Shown here: positions 1 to 10,277 of the stretch, piece by piece
Position numbering within the stretch: the stretch's first letter is position 1
Layout of the letters: every line of letters starts with the position of its first letter
Origin: Acidovorax sp.
Lineage (GTDB): Bacteria; Pseudomonadota; Gammaproteobacteria; Burkholderiales; Burkholderiaceae_C
Direction of reading: 5' to 3'
DNA length: 64,000 nucleotides
Assembly (NCBI RefSeq): GCF_027492855.1
Contig: NZ_JAPUDY010000067.1
Location: forward strand, 1,541 to 65,540
Program-made: the position numbers and the translations under genes
Notes under the pieces: model-generated
Seen by the model: only the letters and a program-made list of their open reading frames with translations
Told to the model about the DNA's origin: nothing
The model's database searches: none

Positions 1-2379
1 AATCTTGGGGTCGTAGAAACGCAGGGTGTCACGGCCCGCGTTTTTGGCCTGGTAGAGCGCCAGGTCCGCACGCTTGAGCAGCTCGTCCGTCGTCTCCTGC
101 ATGCCGCTGAAGATCGTGACGCCCATGCTCAGCGAGCTGTGGTGGGCATCGCCATCGAGCTGGTAGGGCTCGCGCAGCACCGACAGAATGCGCTGGCCGA
201 CCTCTTCACCACGCGCCGCGGCCTCTTCGGTGCTGTCTCCCAGGTCTTCGAGCACCACCACAAATTCATCGCCGCCCTGGCGCGCCACCGTGTCGTCCTC
301 GTGCAAACAACTGCGCAGGCGGTGCGCCACCTGCAGCAGCAGCGCGTCGCCCCGGTCATGGCCCCGGGTTTCGTTCAAGGTCTTGAAATTGTCCAGATCC
401 AGCATCAGCAAGGCGCCGCTGCGCTGGTGGCGCGCACTGGTGGCCAGCGCCTGTTGCAGCCGGTCCATCAGCAGCCGCCGGTTGGGCAGGCGGGTGAGCG
501 GGTCGTAGTAAGCCAGGGTGTTGATTTCTTCCTCGGCGGCCTTGTGCTGGCTCAGGTCCTGCAGGGTGACAAGGCGCCCGCCATCGATAAACACACCAGA
601 AAACTCCACCGGCTTGCGGCTGCCGTCGGCACACACGATGGTGTATTCGACGCTGGGGACGACGCCTTGATTGCCTGCGGCCTGTTCGCCCGCCGCTTCC
701 CAGTCGCTGCGCGCCGCCTCGCGGATTTCGGGGTCGGGGAACGCGCGCAGCCACCAGGTCTCCACATCCGGCACGCTTTCTTCGGTGTAGCCGCAGATCT
801 GCACGCACCGCCGGTTGCGAAAGCTGATGAAGCCGTCCTGCTGGATCAGGCACAGGCCCATGGGCAGGCGCTCCAGGATGCCGCGCATGCGCTGCTCGTT
901 GGCGCGCAGGGATTCCTCCATCTGCTTGCGCGAGGCGATGTCCTGCACCACCGAAATATGCTGCCCCGACGCCACGCCCTGGTCCCACAGTAGCGACACC
1001 ATCAGATCGCTCCACACCGGGTGCCCGTCCTTGTGGATGTAGCGGATCTCCATGCGGTATTCAGGAATTTCGCCCGCCTTCAGACGCTCCAACTGGGCCA
1101 GGTCTTCGGGCAGATCCTCGGGGTGGACGAGGCTCATGAACGTCAGGCTCTGCATCTCGTGCGCGCTGTAGCCCACGATGTCCGAATACCGCTGGTTGAC
1201 GCGCAGGTAGCGGCCCGTGGCGGTGTCCATCAGCGCCATGCCCACGGTGGCCTGGTTGAACAGGGCGCGAAAACGCTCCTCGCTCTCGCGCCGTGCGTCG
1301 TCCGACGCCTGCGCGCGCACCAGCGCCAGGGTGCGCTGGTGCACCAGCAGGCCCACGGTGGATGCCAGCAAAAGCGACACCAGCGCCGCCGCCAGCCCCG
1401 CCAGCAGCGGAAGGCGGGCCTCGGACGGCGTGAGGAACGACTGCGTGGGATAGAAGGTGAGCTGCCAGCGCCGGTCATGCACCGTCAGGTCACGCACCAG
1501 GGGCTTGGCGCCCGGCAGGCCGGGGGCTGTCTGCTCCACCAAGGTGCGCACCATCGCGCCGCCGGACTCGGTGCGCACGGGGCCCTGGTCGGTCATCGCC
1601 ACAGCAATGCCCTTGAGATAGCCCAGGCTGCCCAGCCCACGCACCAGGTCGTACACCCGGATGGTGGACGCCACCGCGCCGATAAAGCGCTCTCCGGTTG
1701 AGCTGCTGGTCGGGTCGAACACAGGCACACGGATGACGATGCCCGCCCGGTGCTCCGTCTCTTGCAAAAGGTCGAAGGGCGCCGACATCACCGTCTGCCC
1801 GCTGTCGCGGCTGTAGCGCATGGCCGCCAGATTGGTGGGCTGGGCGCTGATATCGAGGCCCAGCACGCTTTCGTTGCCCACCATGGGCCAGAGGTATTCG
1901 GCCACGAAATATTCCACGCGCTGACCCGGCGGATGGATCCTGAAATCCGGAAAACCATCGGGCGACAGCGACGTGTCCGCCCGGACGCGGGCCTCGTAGG
2001 CCGCTCGTTCAGAGTCCGGCACCCAGCGGGTGAACGACAGGTTGCGCACGCCAGGGTAGCGCTGGCCGACCTCCATCTCGCTGGTCGCACGCTCGAAGTC
2101 CAGACGCGACAGGCGCGGATTGGCGGTGAACAGGCCGCGCAAGCCGCTGACCACCTCGGTGTGGCTGGCCAGGCGCTGACTCAGGGCGTCGGAAAAAACA
2201 CGGGCTTCCTGGGTAAAGCGGGCTTCTTCAATGCGTGCCATGGACGAGGCCTGGTTCAGCCCCAGCCACAGGCTCATCGCCAAACCGAGCGCAGCCACGC
2301 CCAAACCCGCAGCCCAATGCCTGCTGTGGCCGCGAGGTGGTTTCAGTGCGGAGGAGGAGTTCAGTGAAGTCAGACGCAC
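1..2379 (-). CDS. Membrane sensor diguanylate cyclase, CHASE-TM-PAS-PAS-GGDEF; C-terminal end lies beyond the window edge
   Basis: The reverse frame is open from position 1 up to an in-frame GTG at 2379. It is absent from the ORF track because no stop falls in the window. My translation gives an N-terminal TM, a CHASE-like region (FTRWVPDSERAAYEARV..ISAQPTNLAAMRYSRDSGQ) and two PAS regions. It also shows the GGDEF core RQGGDEFVVVLED and ALYQAKNAGRDTLRFYDPKI at the edge. Confidence 0.85.
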   Translation of the reverse strand, partial: MRLTSLNSSSALKPPRGHSRHWAAGLGVAALGLAMSLWLGLNQASSMARIEEARFTQEARVFSDALSQRLASHTEVVSGLRGLFTANPRLSRLDFERATSEMEVGQRYPGVRNLSFTRWVPDSERAAYEARVRADTSLSPDGFPDFRIHPPGQRVEYFVAEYLWPMVGNESVLGLDISAQPTNLAAMRYSRDSGQTVMSAPFDLLQETEHRAGIVIRVPVFDPTSSSTGERFIGAVASTIRVYDLVRGLGSLGYLKGIAVAMTDQGPVRTESGGAMVRTLVEQTAPGLPGAKPLVRDLTVHDRRWQLTFYPTQSFLTPSEARLPLLAGLAAALVSLLLASTVGLLVHQRTLALVRAQASDDARRESEERFRALFNQATVGMALMDTATGRYLRVNQRYSDIVGYSAHEMQSLTFMSLVHPEDLPEDLAQLERLKAGEIPEYRMEIRYIHKDGHPVWSDLMVSLLWDQGVASGQHISVVQDIASRKQMEESLRANEQRMRGILERLPMGLCLIQQDGFISFRNRRCVQICGYTEESVPDVETWWLRAFPDPEIREAARSDWEAAGEQAAGNQGVVPSVEYTIVCADGSRKPVEFSGVFIDGGRLVTLQDLSQHKAAEEEINTLAYYDPLTRLPNRRLLMDRLQQALATSARHQRSGALLMLDLDNFKTLNETRGHDRGDALLLQVAHRLRSCLHEDDTVARQGGDEFVVVLEDLGDSTEEAAARGEEVGQRILSVLREPYQLDGDAHHSSLSMGVTIFSGMQETTDELLKRADLALYQAKNAGRDTLRFYDPKI

Positions 2380-2597
2380 GCCTTTGCATTGCCCGTCGGG
2401 CGTCGGCCAGACCATGGAGCGCAAAGCGCAGAGCCACGCACGCCCCCATGGCCGAACCAACACATTCCGTTACGGGCCATTATTAAAGAAAAACAGCACC
2501 ATGGCTGACACCTGCCTGGATACCCTTGCGCTTGCCTGCACCCCACCGGAGCCATCTGAACGGGATAAATGGCGCTCGCCCCCTTGGATAAACTGCC

Positions 2598-2654
2598 AAA
2601 TCAGGCCCTATCGCTTTATCAGAAAGCGCAAATAGCTATCAAATAGTGAGCAAT
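2598..2654 (+). repeat. R1 double-hairpin repeat, copy A
   Basis: aaatcaggccctatcgctttatcagaaagcgcaaatagctatcaaatagtgagcaatc. It abuts the stop codon of the scfR-like gene. Confidence 0.8.
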
Positions 2655-4127
2655 CTATAAAAGCCGTTGTGGATTCGCCACCGGGTACGGCGCCAGCGTG
2701 CTGCGCCGCTCGTCCACCTCCAGCGCCCGCCCCACGGGTGGGAAGGCGCGCTGCGGGCAACTGGTGCGCTCGCACACCTTGCAGCCCATGCCGATGGGCA
2801 CGGCGGCGGCCGGGTCGGCCAGGTTCAGGCCCTTGGCATACACCCAGCGCGGGGCGTGTTCGATGTCGCAGCCCAGCGCCACCGCGTGCAGCTTGCCCGG
2901 TGCACCCCAGGCGCCGCCGCCGTGCTGCACGGTGCGCGCCACCCACAGGTAGGTGCGCCCGTCGGGCATGCGGGCGAGCTGCGTGGCGATGCGGCCCGGC
3001 TGGGCGAAGGCCTCGTACACGTTCCACAGCGGGCAGGTGCCGCCGATGCGCGAAAAGTGGAAATGTGTGGCCGACTGGCGCTTGGAGATGTTGCCCGCCC
3101 GGTCCACGCGGATGAAGATGAACGGAATGCCACGCGCCTGCGGCCGCTGCAGCATGGACAGCCGGTGGCACACCGCCTCGAAACCCACACCAAAGCGCTG
3201 CACCAGGCGCTCGATGTCGTAGCCCTCCTCCTCGGCGGCATGCAAAAAGGCCGAATACGGCATGAGCAGCGCCCCCGCGAAGTAGTTGGCCAGGCCGATG
3301 CGCGCGAGCTGCCGCGCCTCGGGGCTCGACAGGCGCGCATCCTGCGCCAGGCGCTGCAGCACGGGCTCCATCTCCAAAAACGCCAGCTGCGTCGCCATGT
3401 GGAAGTTGCGCTGCCCGCCCTCCAGCCGGTCAGACAGGTACAACACCCCCGAAGCCGCGTCGAACAAACGCAGCGTGCCGCTGTGCAGCACCGGCGCCTC
3501 GGGCCCCGGCGTGACCACGCGCACGCCGTGCTGCTGCTCCAGGCGCTGCTGCAGCACGTGGTCGGCGCGGCGCGGCTCCAGGCCCCACTGCGCGGCGCAG
3601 CGCTCGGCGGCGGCATCGAGCTCGCCCATGTGGTTGTGGTGGGCGAAGAAATAGTCACGCACCTCCTCGTAGGCCATGGGCGGTGGTGCCGGGGCGGCGG
3701 TGCCCTGCTGCCCCGCGCGCTCGTCATCCCAGGGCGCGGCCAGCGCATCCAGCCGCTCCAGCGCCTGCCGGTAGCGCCCGTGCATGCCGATCAGCGTGCG
3801 GGCCACGGCGGGCATGCTGGCGGCCAGTTCGCGGATTTCGGCCAGCGACACCTGCTCCTGCCCCGTGCCGCCTGGCGGCTGGTCGGCCAGCACGTCGTTC
3901 AGGCCCGCGATCAGGCGCGCTTCCTCGTCGTCGGAAAAGCGCTGCACGTCCACACCCAGCGCGGCGCTGATCTTGAGCAGCACCGACACCGTGAGCGGGC
4001 GCTGGTTCTGCTCGATCTGGTTCAGGTAGCTGGCCGACAGGCCCAGCGTGCGCGCCAGCGCCACCTGCGTGAGGCCGCGCTCCTCGCGCAGGCGGCGCAG
4101 TTGCACGCCCATAAAGGTTTTGCGCAT
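2655..4127 (-). CDS. Short-chain fatty acyl-CoA regulator (ScfR/RamB/mycobacterial PrpR type): XRE HTH plus ImmA-like and Cys-cluster C-terminal domain
   Basis: 490-aa ORF with an N-terminal HTH ([26 protein letters not shown]) and a C-terminal CKVCERTSC motif. It is divergent from prpC. Confidence 0.8.
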   Translation of the reverse strand: MRKTFMGVQLRRLREERGLTQVALARTLGLSASYLNQIEQNQRPLTVSVLLKISAALGVDVQRFSDDEEARLIAGLNDVLADQPPGGTGQEQVSLAEIRELAASMPAVARTLIGMHGRYRQALERLDALAAPWDDERAGQQGTAAPAPPPMAYEEVRDYFFAHHNHMGELDAAAERCAAQWGLEPRRADHVLQQRLEQQHGVRVVTPGPEAPVLHSGTLRLFDAASGVLYLSDRLEGGQRNFHMATQLAFLEMEPVLQRLAQDARLSSPEARQLARIGLANYFAGALLMPYSAFLHAAEEEGYDIERLVQRFGVGFEAVCHRLSMLQRPQARGIPFIFIRVDRAGNISKRQSATHFHFSRIGGTCPLWNVYEAFAQPGRIATQLARMPDGRTYLWVARTVQHGGGAWGAPGKLHAVALGCDIEHAPRWVYAKGLNLADPAAAVPIGMGCKVCERTSCPQRAFPPVGRALEVDERRSTLAPYPVANPQRLL

Positions 4128-4147
4128 GAACTGTTTTCCTCGTGGTT

Positions 4148-4240
4148 ATTCGCAAACTTCGCAAGTTGCTTGTTTTTCATTCGCAAACCTTCGCCAATTC
4201 AGGGCTTACATTGGGTGAATGGCTTGCGTACATTGCGAAT
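4148..4240. promoter_or_regulatory. Three copies of an 18-bp ATTCGCAAAC-TTCGCAAG-like motif (two direct, one inverted) in the scfR-prpC divergent promoter; candidate ScfR operators
   Basis: Copies are 4148-4165 attcgcaaacttcgcaag, 4179-4197 attcgcaaaccttcgccaa and 4223-4240 cttgcgtacattgcgaat (inverted). They resemble the TTTGCAAA core reported for RamB and M. tuberculosis PrpR. Confidence 0.5.
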
Positions 4241-4298
4241 CATGCACCAGCAAGACACCGGTGCACAACCCTTTTGCAGCAATGGAGAACCACGCGCC

Positions 4299-5462
4299 AT
4301 GACCGAAACCGCCACCCCAGCCGCCACCGCCTTCAAGGCCAAAAAATCCGTTGCGCTGTCGGGCGTGACCGCAGGCAACACGGCCCTGTGCACCGTGGGC
4401 CGCACGGGCAACGACCTGCACTACCGGGGCTACGACATCCTGGACATGGCCGAGGTCTGCGAGTTCGAGGAAATCGCCCACCTGCTGGTGCATGGCAAGC
4501 TGCCCACGCGCCCCGAGCTCAAGGCCTACAAGGCCCGGCTCAAGGCCCTGCGTGGCCTGCCCCTGTCGGTGAAACAGGCGCTGGAGCAACTGCCCGCCGC
4601 CAGCCACCCCATGGACGTGATGCGCACCGGCGTCTCGGCCCTGGGCTGCGCACTGCCCGAAAAGGACGACCACAACCTGCCCGGAGCGCGCGACATTGCC
4701 GATCGGCTCATGGCCTCGCTCGGCTCCATGCTGCTGTACTGGCACCACTGGGCCAGCTCGGGCCGCCGCATCGAGGTGGAAACCCAGGACGACTCCATCG
4801 GCGCGCACTTTTTGCACCTGCTGCACGGCACGCCGCCCAGCGCCGCCTGGGAGCGCGCCATGCACACCTCGCTTAACCTGTATGCCGAGCACGAGTTCAA
4901 CGCCTCCACCTTCACCGCCCGCGTGGTGGCGGGCACGGGCAGCGATGTGTATTCAGCCGTCACCGGCGCCATCGGCGCGCTGCGCGGCCCCAAGCATGGC
5001 GGCGCCAACGAGGTGGCTTTCGAGATCCAGAAACGCTACGACAGCCCCGATGAGGCCGAGGTCGACATCCGCCGCCGCGTCGAGGCCAAGGAGGTTGTGA
5101 TCGGCTTCGGCCACCCGGTCTATACCGTGAGCGACCCGCGCAATGTGGTCATCAAGGGGGTGGCCAAGCAACTGTCCCATGACGCCGGATCGACCAAGAT
5201 GTATGACATTGCCGAGCGGTTGGAGACAGTGATGTGGGAGGTGAAAAAGATGTTTCCCAACCTCGACTGGTTCAGCGCCGTGAGCTACCACATGATGGGC
5301 GTACCCACCGCCATGTTCACGCCGCTGTTCGTCATCGCACGCACCAGCGGCTGGGCCGCGCACATCATCGAGCAGCGGCAGGACAACAAGATCATCCGCC
5401 CCAGCGCCCACTACACCGGGCCGGACGATCTGGCGTTCGTGCCCATCGACGACCGCCGGTAA
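4299..5462 (+). CDS. prpC: 2-methylcitrate synthase
   Basis: In-frame ATG at 4299 inside an artefactual 931-aa [50 protein letters not shown].. is citrate synthase family, 387 aa, and sits in a prp cluster. Confidence 0.9.
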   Translation: MTETATPAATAFKAKKSVALSGVTAGNTALCTVGRTGNDLHYRGYDILDMAEVCEFEEIAHLLVHGKLPTRPELKAYKARLKALRGLPLSVKQALEQLPAASHPMDVMRTGVSALGCALPEKDDHNLPGARDIADRLMASLGSMLLYWHHWASSGRRIEVETQDDSIGAHFLHLLHGTPPSAAWERAMHTSLNLYAEHEFNASTFTARVVAGTGSDVYSAVTGAIGALRGPKHGGANEVAFEIQKRYDSPDEAEVDIRRRVEAKEVVIGFGHPVYTVSDPRNVVIKGVAKQLSHDAGSTKMYDIAERLETVMWEVKKMFPNLDWFSAVSYHMMGVPTAMFTPLFVIARTSGWAAHIIEQRQDNKIIRPSAHYTGPDDLAFVPIDDRR

Positions 5463-5488
5463 ATACTTCGACGCCTCTGCCCCACGCC

Positions 5489-8107
5489 ATGAATATCAAA
5501 TACCGCAAGAACCTGCCCGGCACAGCGCTCGACTACTTCGACGCCCGCGAGGCCGTTGACGCGCTGCAGCCCGGCGCCTGGGCCACCCTGCCCTACACCG
5601 CCCGCGTGCACGCCGAAAACATCGTGCGCCGCGCCGACCCGGCCATCATGGCCGAGTGCCTCATGCAACTGATCGAGCGCAAGCGCGAGCGCGACTTTCC
5701 GTGGTTTCCGGCCCGCGTGGCCTGCCACGACATCCTGGGCCAGACGGCGCTGGTGGACCTGGCCGGCCTGCGCGACGCCATCGCGGCGGCGGGCGGCGAC
5801 CCGGCCCAGGTGAACCCTGTCGTGCCCGTGCAGCTCATCGTGGACCACTCGCTGGCCGTGGAGTGCGGCGGCTTCGAGCCCGACGCCTTCGCCAAGAACC
5901 GCACGATTGAAGACCGCCGCAACGAGGACCGCTTTCACTTCATCGAATGGACGAAGAAGGCGTTTGCCAACGTGGACGTGATCCCGGCGGGCAACGGGAT
6001 CATGCACCAGATCAACCTGGAGAAGATGTCGCCGGTCGTGCAGGTGCAGGGCGGCGTGGCCTACCCCGACACCTGCGTGGGCACCGACAGCCACACGCCC
6101 CATGTGGACGCTTTGGGCGTGATCGCCATCGGCGTGGGCGGCCTGGAGGCCGAGAACGTGATGCTGGGCCGCGCCTCGTGGATGCGCCTGCCCGAGACCG
6201 TGGGCGTGCAGCTCACCGGCCAGCGGCAGGACGGCGTTACCGCCACCGACGTGGTGCTGGCGCTGACCGAGTTCCTGCGCAAGTCCAAGGTGGTGGGCGC
6301 CTACCTGGAGTTTTACGGCGAAGGTGCCGCCAAGCTCACCATCGGCGACCGCGCCACCATCTCGAACATGGCGCCCGAGTACGGCGCCACCGCTGCGATG
6401 TTCAGCATCGACGAGCAGACGCTCGCCTACCTCACGCTGACCGGCCGCGAGGCCAGCCAGGTCCAACTGGTCGAAACCTATGCGAAAACCGCAGGCTTGT
6501 GGTCCAGCACCCTCCAAGGCGCCGTTTACGAGCGCCAGCTCACGTTCGACCTGTCCGGCGTGGTGCGCAACCTGGCCGGCCCCTCCAACCCACACGCCCG
6601 CGTGGCCACCAGCGATCTGGCCGCCAAGGGCATTGCCGCACCGTGGGCCATGCCAAGCGCGCACGAAGGCACCATGCCCGATGGCGCCGTGGTCATCGCC
6701 GCCATCACCAGTTGCACCAACACCAGCAACCCGCGCAACGTGATCGCCGCCGCCCTGCTGGCACGCAATGCCAACCGGCTCGGCCTTGCGCGCAAACCCT
6801 GGGTCAAGACCTCGCTGGCGCCCGGCTCCAAGGCGGTGGAGCTGTATTTGAAGGAAGCGGGCTTGCTGGCCGACCTGGAAACGCTGGGTTTTGGCATCGT
6901 GGCCTTTGCCTGCACCACCTGCAACGGCATGAGCGGTGCGCTGGCCCCCGCCATCCAGCAGGAGATCATCGACCGCGGCCTGTACGCCACCGCCGTGCTC
7001 TCGGGCAACCGCAACTTCGACGGGCGCATCCACCCCTATGCCAGCCAGGCATTCCTGGCCTCGCCGCCGCTGGTGGTGGCCTATGCCATCGCAGGCACCG
7101 TGCGCTTTGACATCGAGAACGACGTGCTGGCGGTGGTGGGCGACCGCGAGATCCGCCTGAAGGACATCTGGCCCAGCGATGCGGAGATCGACGCCGTGGT
7201 GAAGACAGCCGTGAAGCCCGCGCAGTACCGCGCCGTGTATGAGCCCATGTTCGCCATTGCCGCCGACCAGGGCGAGGCGGTGGCGCCGCAGTACGGCTGG
7301 CGCGCACAGTCCACCTACATCCGCCGCCCGCCTTATTGGGACACCGAAGGCGTGGGCGCGCTGGCGGCCAACCCGCGCACCCTGAAGGGCATGCGCCCGC
7401 TGGCCATCCTGCCCGACAACATCACCACCGACCACCTCTCGCCCTCCAACGCCATCCTGGCGGACAGCGCGGCGGGCGAATACCTGGCGAAGATGGGCCT
7501 GCCGGAGGAAGACTTCAACTCCTACGCCACACACCGGGGCGACCATTTGACGGCCATGCGCGCCACCTTTGCCAACCCGCAGTTGGTGAACGAGATGGCC
7601 GTGGTGGATGGCCAGGTCAAAAAAGGCTCGCTCGCCCGCGTGGAGCCCGAGGGCACCGTCATGCGCATGTGGGAGGCGATGGAAACCTACCTCAACCGCC
7701 GCCAGCCGCTGATCATCATCGCGGGCGCCGACTACGGCCAGGGCTCCAGCCGCGACTGGGCCGCCAAGGGCGTGCGCCTGGCGGGCGTGGAGGTGGTGGT
7801 GGCCGAAGGCTTCGAGCGCATCCACCGCACCAACCTCATCGGCATGGGCGTGTTGCCACTGGAGTTTGCGCCCGGCACCAGCCGCCACACGCTGGGGCTT
7901 GATGGCACCGAAACCTTCGACGTGGAGGGGCACCTGCAGCCCCGTGCCACGCTCACGCTGGTAGTGCGCCGCAAGAATGGCGAGGTGGCCAAGGTGCCCA
8001 TGGCCTGCCGCCTCGACACCGCCGAGGAGGTGTCGGTGTACGAAGCCGGCGGCGTGCTGCAACGTTTTGCGCAGGACTTTTTGGCCCAAAACCACAAGCA
8101 AAAATAG
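5489..8107 (+). CDS. acnD: Fe/S-dependent 2-methylisocitrate dehydratase (aconitase family, AcnD type)
   Basis: ATG at 5489 (MNIKYRKNLPGTALDYFDAREAV..), 872 aa. Aconitase motifs are present (GTDSHTP, ITSCTNTSNP, ACTTCNG) and prpF follows directly. Confidence 0.9.
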   Translation: MNIKYRKNLPGTALDYFDAREAVDALQPGAWATLPYTARVHAENIVRRADPAIMAECLMQLIERKRERDFPWFPARVACHDILGQTALVDLAGLRDAIAAAGGDPAQVNPVVPVQLIVDHSLAVECGGFEPDAFAKNRTIEDRRNEDRFHFIEWTKKAFANVDVIPAGNGIMHQINLEKMSPVVQVQGGVAYPDTCVGTDSHTPHVDALGVIAIGVGGLEAENVMLGRASWMRLPETVGVQLTGQRQDGVTATDVVLALTEFLRKSKVVGAYLEFYGEGAAKLTIGDRATISNMAPEYGATAAMFSIDEQTLAYLTLTGREASQVQLVETYAKTAGLWSSTLQGAVYERQLTFDLSGVVRNLAGPSNPHARVATSDLAAKGIAAPWAMPSAHEGTMPDGAVVIAAITSCTNTSNPRNVIAAALLARNANRLGLARKPWVKTSLAPGSKAVELYLKEAGLLADLETLGFGIVAFACTTCNGMSGALAPAIQQEIIDRGLYATAVLSGNRNFDGRIHPYASQAFLASPPLVVAYAIAGTVRFDIENDVLAVVGDREIRLKDIWPSDAEIDAVVKTAVKPAQYRAVYEPMFAIAADQGEAVAPQYGWRAQSTYIRRPPYWDTEGVGALAANPRTLKGMRPLAILPDNITTDHLSPSNAILADSAAGEYLAKMGLPEEDFNSYATHRGDHLTAMRATFANPQLVNEMAVVDGQVKKGSLARVEPEGTVMRMWEAMETYLNRRQPLIIIAGADYGQGSSRDWAAKGVRLAGVEVVVAEGFERIHRTNLIGMGVLPLEFAPGTSRHTLGLDGTETFDVEGHLQPRATLTLVVRRKNGEVAKVPMACRLDTAEEVSVYEAGGVLQRFAQDFLAQNHKQK

Positions 8108-8152
8108 GCTCCAGCGCTTATCTAACAAGCGCAAGCAGCTATCAAATTTGAT
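8101..8152 (+). repeat. R1 repeat, copy B; occupies the entire acnD-prpF spacer and contains the acnD stop codon
   Basis: aaaataggctccagcgcttatctaacaagcgcaagcagctatcaaatttgat, followed directly by the prpF ATG at 8153. Confidence 0.85.
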
Positions 8153-9355
8153 ATGACCACCATGACAAGCCCTGTGGCACCACAGATCAAGATTCCCGCC
8201 ACCTACCTGCGCGGCGGCACCAGCAAAGGCGTGTTCTTCAAGCTGCAAGACCTGCCCGAGCCCGCTCGGCAGCCCGGCGCCGCACGCGACGCCCTGCTCT
8301 TGCGCGTGCTGGGCAGCCCTGACCCGTATGGCAAGCAGATCGACGGCCTGGGCAATGCGTCATCCAGCACCAGCAAGGCCGTGATCCTGAGCCGCAGCAC
8401 GCGGCCGGGGCACGATGTGGACTACCTGTTCGGCCAGGTTGCCATCGACCGGCCCCTGGTGGACTGGAGCGGCAACTGCGGCAACCTCTCGGCGGCCGTG
8501 GGGTCGTGCGCCATCCACATGGGGCTGATCGACGCGGCGCGCATCCCACAACAAGGCCATGTCACCGTGCACATCTGGCAGGCCAACATCGGCAAGACCA
8601 TCGTGGCGCATGTGCCGATTGCCAATGGACAGGTGCAGGAGACGGGCAACTTTGAACTGGACGGCGTGACCTTTGCGGCCGCCGAGGTGGCGCTGGAGTT
8701 CATCGATCCGGCGGACGATGGCGACGACGGCGGCGCCATGTTCCCCACCGGCCGCGTGGTGGACATGCTGGACGTGCCCGGCGTGGGCCACTTTGCCGCC
8801 ACGCTGATCAACGCGGGCATCCCCACTATTTTTCTCAACGCCCAGGACCTCGGCTACACCGGCACCGAGCTGCAGGGCGACATCAACCAAGACCCAGCGG
8901 CGCTGGCGCGCTTCGAGGCCATCCGCGCCCACGGCGCCGTAAAGATGGGCCTCATTGCCGACGTGGCCGAGGCCGCGCAGCGCCAGCACACGCCCAAGAT
9001 CGCCTTCGTGGCCCCGCCCGCCAGCTACATCACATCCAGCGGCAAACCCATAGGGGCGAGCGAGGTGGACCTGCTGGTGCGTGCCCTCTCCATGGGCCAA
9101 CTGCACCACGCGATGATGGGCACGGCGGCCGTGGCCATCGGCACCGCCGCCGCCATCCCCGGCACGCTGGTGCACCTGGCGGCAGGCGGCGGTCAACGCA
9201 GCGCCGTTCGATTTGGCCACCCCTCGGGCACCCTGCGCGTGGGGGCCGAGGCCGCGCTGGTCAACGGCCAATGGCAGGTCACCAAGGCCTTGATGAGCCG
9301 CAGCGCCCGCATCCTCATGGAAGGCTGGGTACGCGTGCCTGCCGATAGTTTTTAA
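8153..9355 (+). CDS. prpF: 2-methylaconitate cis-trans isomerase
   Basis: 400-aa ORF with the PrpF-type N-terminus KIPATYLRGGTSKGVFF, immediately downstream of acnD. Confidence 0.88.
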   Translation: MTTMTSPVAPQIKIPATYLRGGTSKGVFFKLQDLPEPARQPGAARDALLLRVLGSPDPYGKQIDGLGNASSSTSKAVILSRSTRPGHDVDYLFGQVAIDRPLVDWSGNCGNLSAAVGSCAIHMGLIDAARIPQQGHVTVHIWQANIGKTIVAHVPIANGQVQETGNFELDGVTFAAAEVALEFIDPADDGDDGGAMFPTGRVVDMLDVPGVGHFAATLINAGIPTIFLNAQDLGYTGTELQGDINQDPAALARFEAIRAHGAVKMGLIADVAEAAQRQHTPKIAFVAPPASYITSSGKPIGASEVDLLVRALSMGQLHHAMMGTAAVAIGTAAAIPGTLVHLAAGGGQRSAVRFGHPSGTLRVGAEAALVNGQWQVTKALMSRSARILMEGWVRVPADSF

Positions 9356-9416
9356 CAAAAACAGGCTATAGCGCTTGTTCGTCAAGCGCAAGCAGCTATC
9401 AAATAAGTAGCAAATC
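9356..9416 (+). repeat. R1 repeat, copy C; fills the prpF-prpB spacer
   Basis: aaaaacaggctatagcgcttgttcgtcaagcgcaagcagctatcaaataagtagcaaatc, then ATG at 9417. Confidence 0.85.
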
Positions 9417-10277
9417 ATGAACACCAAACAACAACTCAAAGCCCTGGCCCAAGCCCGCCGGGGCGTCATCGTGCCCGGCGCGTTCAACGCCCTGTCCGCC
9501 CGCGTGGTGGCCGACCAGGGTTTTGAAGCCATTTATGTGACCGGCGCGGGCGTCACCAACATGTGGTTCGGCCTGCCCGACCAGGCCTTCATGGGCCTCA
9601 CCGACATCGCCGACCACACGGCCCGCATCCGCGATGCGGTGGAGCTGCCGCTCATCGTCGATGCCGACACGGGCTTTGGCAACGCGCTCAACACCTACCA
9701 CGCCGTGCGCACGCTCGAGCGCGCGGGCGCCGACTGTATCCAGCTTGAAGACCAGGTCAGCCCCAAACGCTGCGGGCACTTCAGCGGCAAAGAGGTGATC
9801 TCCACTGAGGAGATGCTGGGCAAGATCAAGGCGGCGGTGGACGCGCGCCGCGACGCGGGCACCCTCATCCTGGCCCGCACCGATGCCTGCGCCACCCAGG
9901 GCTTTGAGGCCGCCGTGGAGCGCGCGCGGCGCTTTGAAGAGGCGGGCGCCGACATCCTGTTCGTCGAAGCCGTCACCCGCATCGAGGAGATCCGCGCCCT
10001 GCCAAAGCGGCTGGCGGCGCCCCAGCTCATGAACATGGTGATCGGCGGCAAGACCCCTATCACCGGCGCCGAGGAACTCGCCGGTCTGGGCTACGGCCTG
10101 GTGCTGTATGCCAACGCAGCGCTGCAGGGCGCGGTGGCGGGCATGCAAAAGGCGCTCACCGTGCTGCGCGAGCAGCGGCGCATCGACGAAGACCCAGCCC
10201 TGGTCGCCCCCTTTGCCGAACGCCAACGGCTAGTACGCAAGGCCGAATGGGATGCACTGGAGGCCCAATACACCTGA
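9417..10277 (+). CDS. prpB: Methylisocitrate lyase-like enzyme (isocitrate lyase/PEP mutase family)
   Basis: 286 aa with the DADTGFG and KRCGH motifs. It is the last gene of the prp cluster. Confidence 0.75.
   Translation: MNTKQQLKALAQARRGVIVPGAFNALSARVVADQGFEAIYVTGAGVTNMWFGLPDQAFMGLTDIADHTARIRDAVELPLIVDADTGFGNALNTYHAVRTLERAGADCIQLEDQVSPKRCGHFSGKEVISTEEMLGKIKAAVDARRDAGTLILARTDACATQGFEAAVERARRFEEAGADILFVEAVTRIEEIRALPKRLAAPQLMNMVIGGKTPITGAEELAGLGYGLVLYANAALQGAVAGMQKALTVLREQRRIDEDPALVAPFAERQRLVRKAEWDALEAQYT

Noticed and set aside
2667-5462. 931-aa plus-strand ORF covering the regulator gene antisense and prpC
   Set aside because: Only the last 387 codons (from ATG 4299) look like a real protein (citrate synthase family). 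The first part is the antisense of the scfR-like gene. Long antisense ORFs are expected at this GC content.
5411-8248. 945-aa minus-strand ORF antisense to acnD; similar long antisense ORFs occur opposite metE, mmsA, pepA and xseA
   Set aside because: The translations are Arg/Gly/Ala/His-rich with no recognisable domains. The opposite strand encodes clearly recognisable enzymes. This is a typical high-GC stop-codon-poor artefact.
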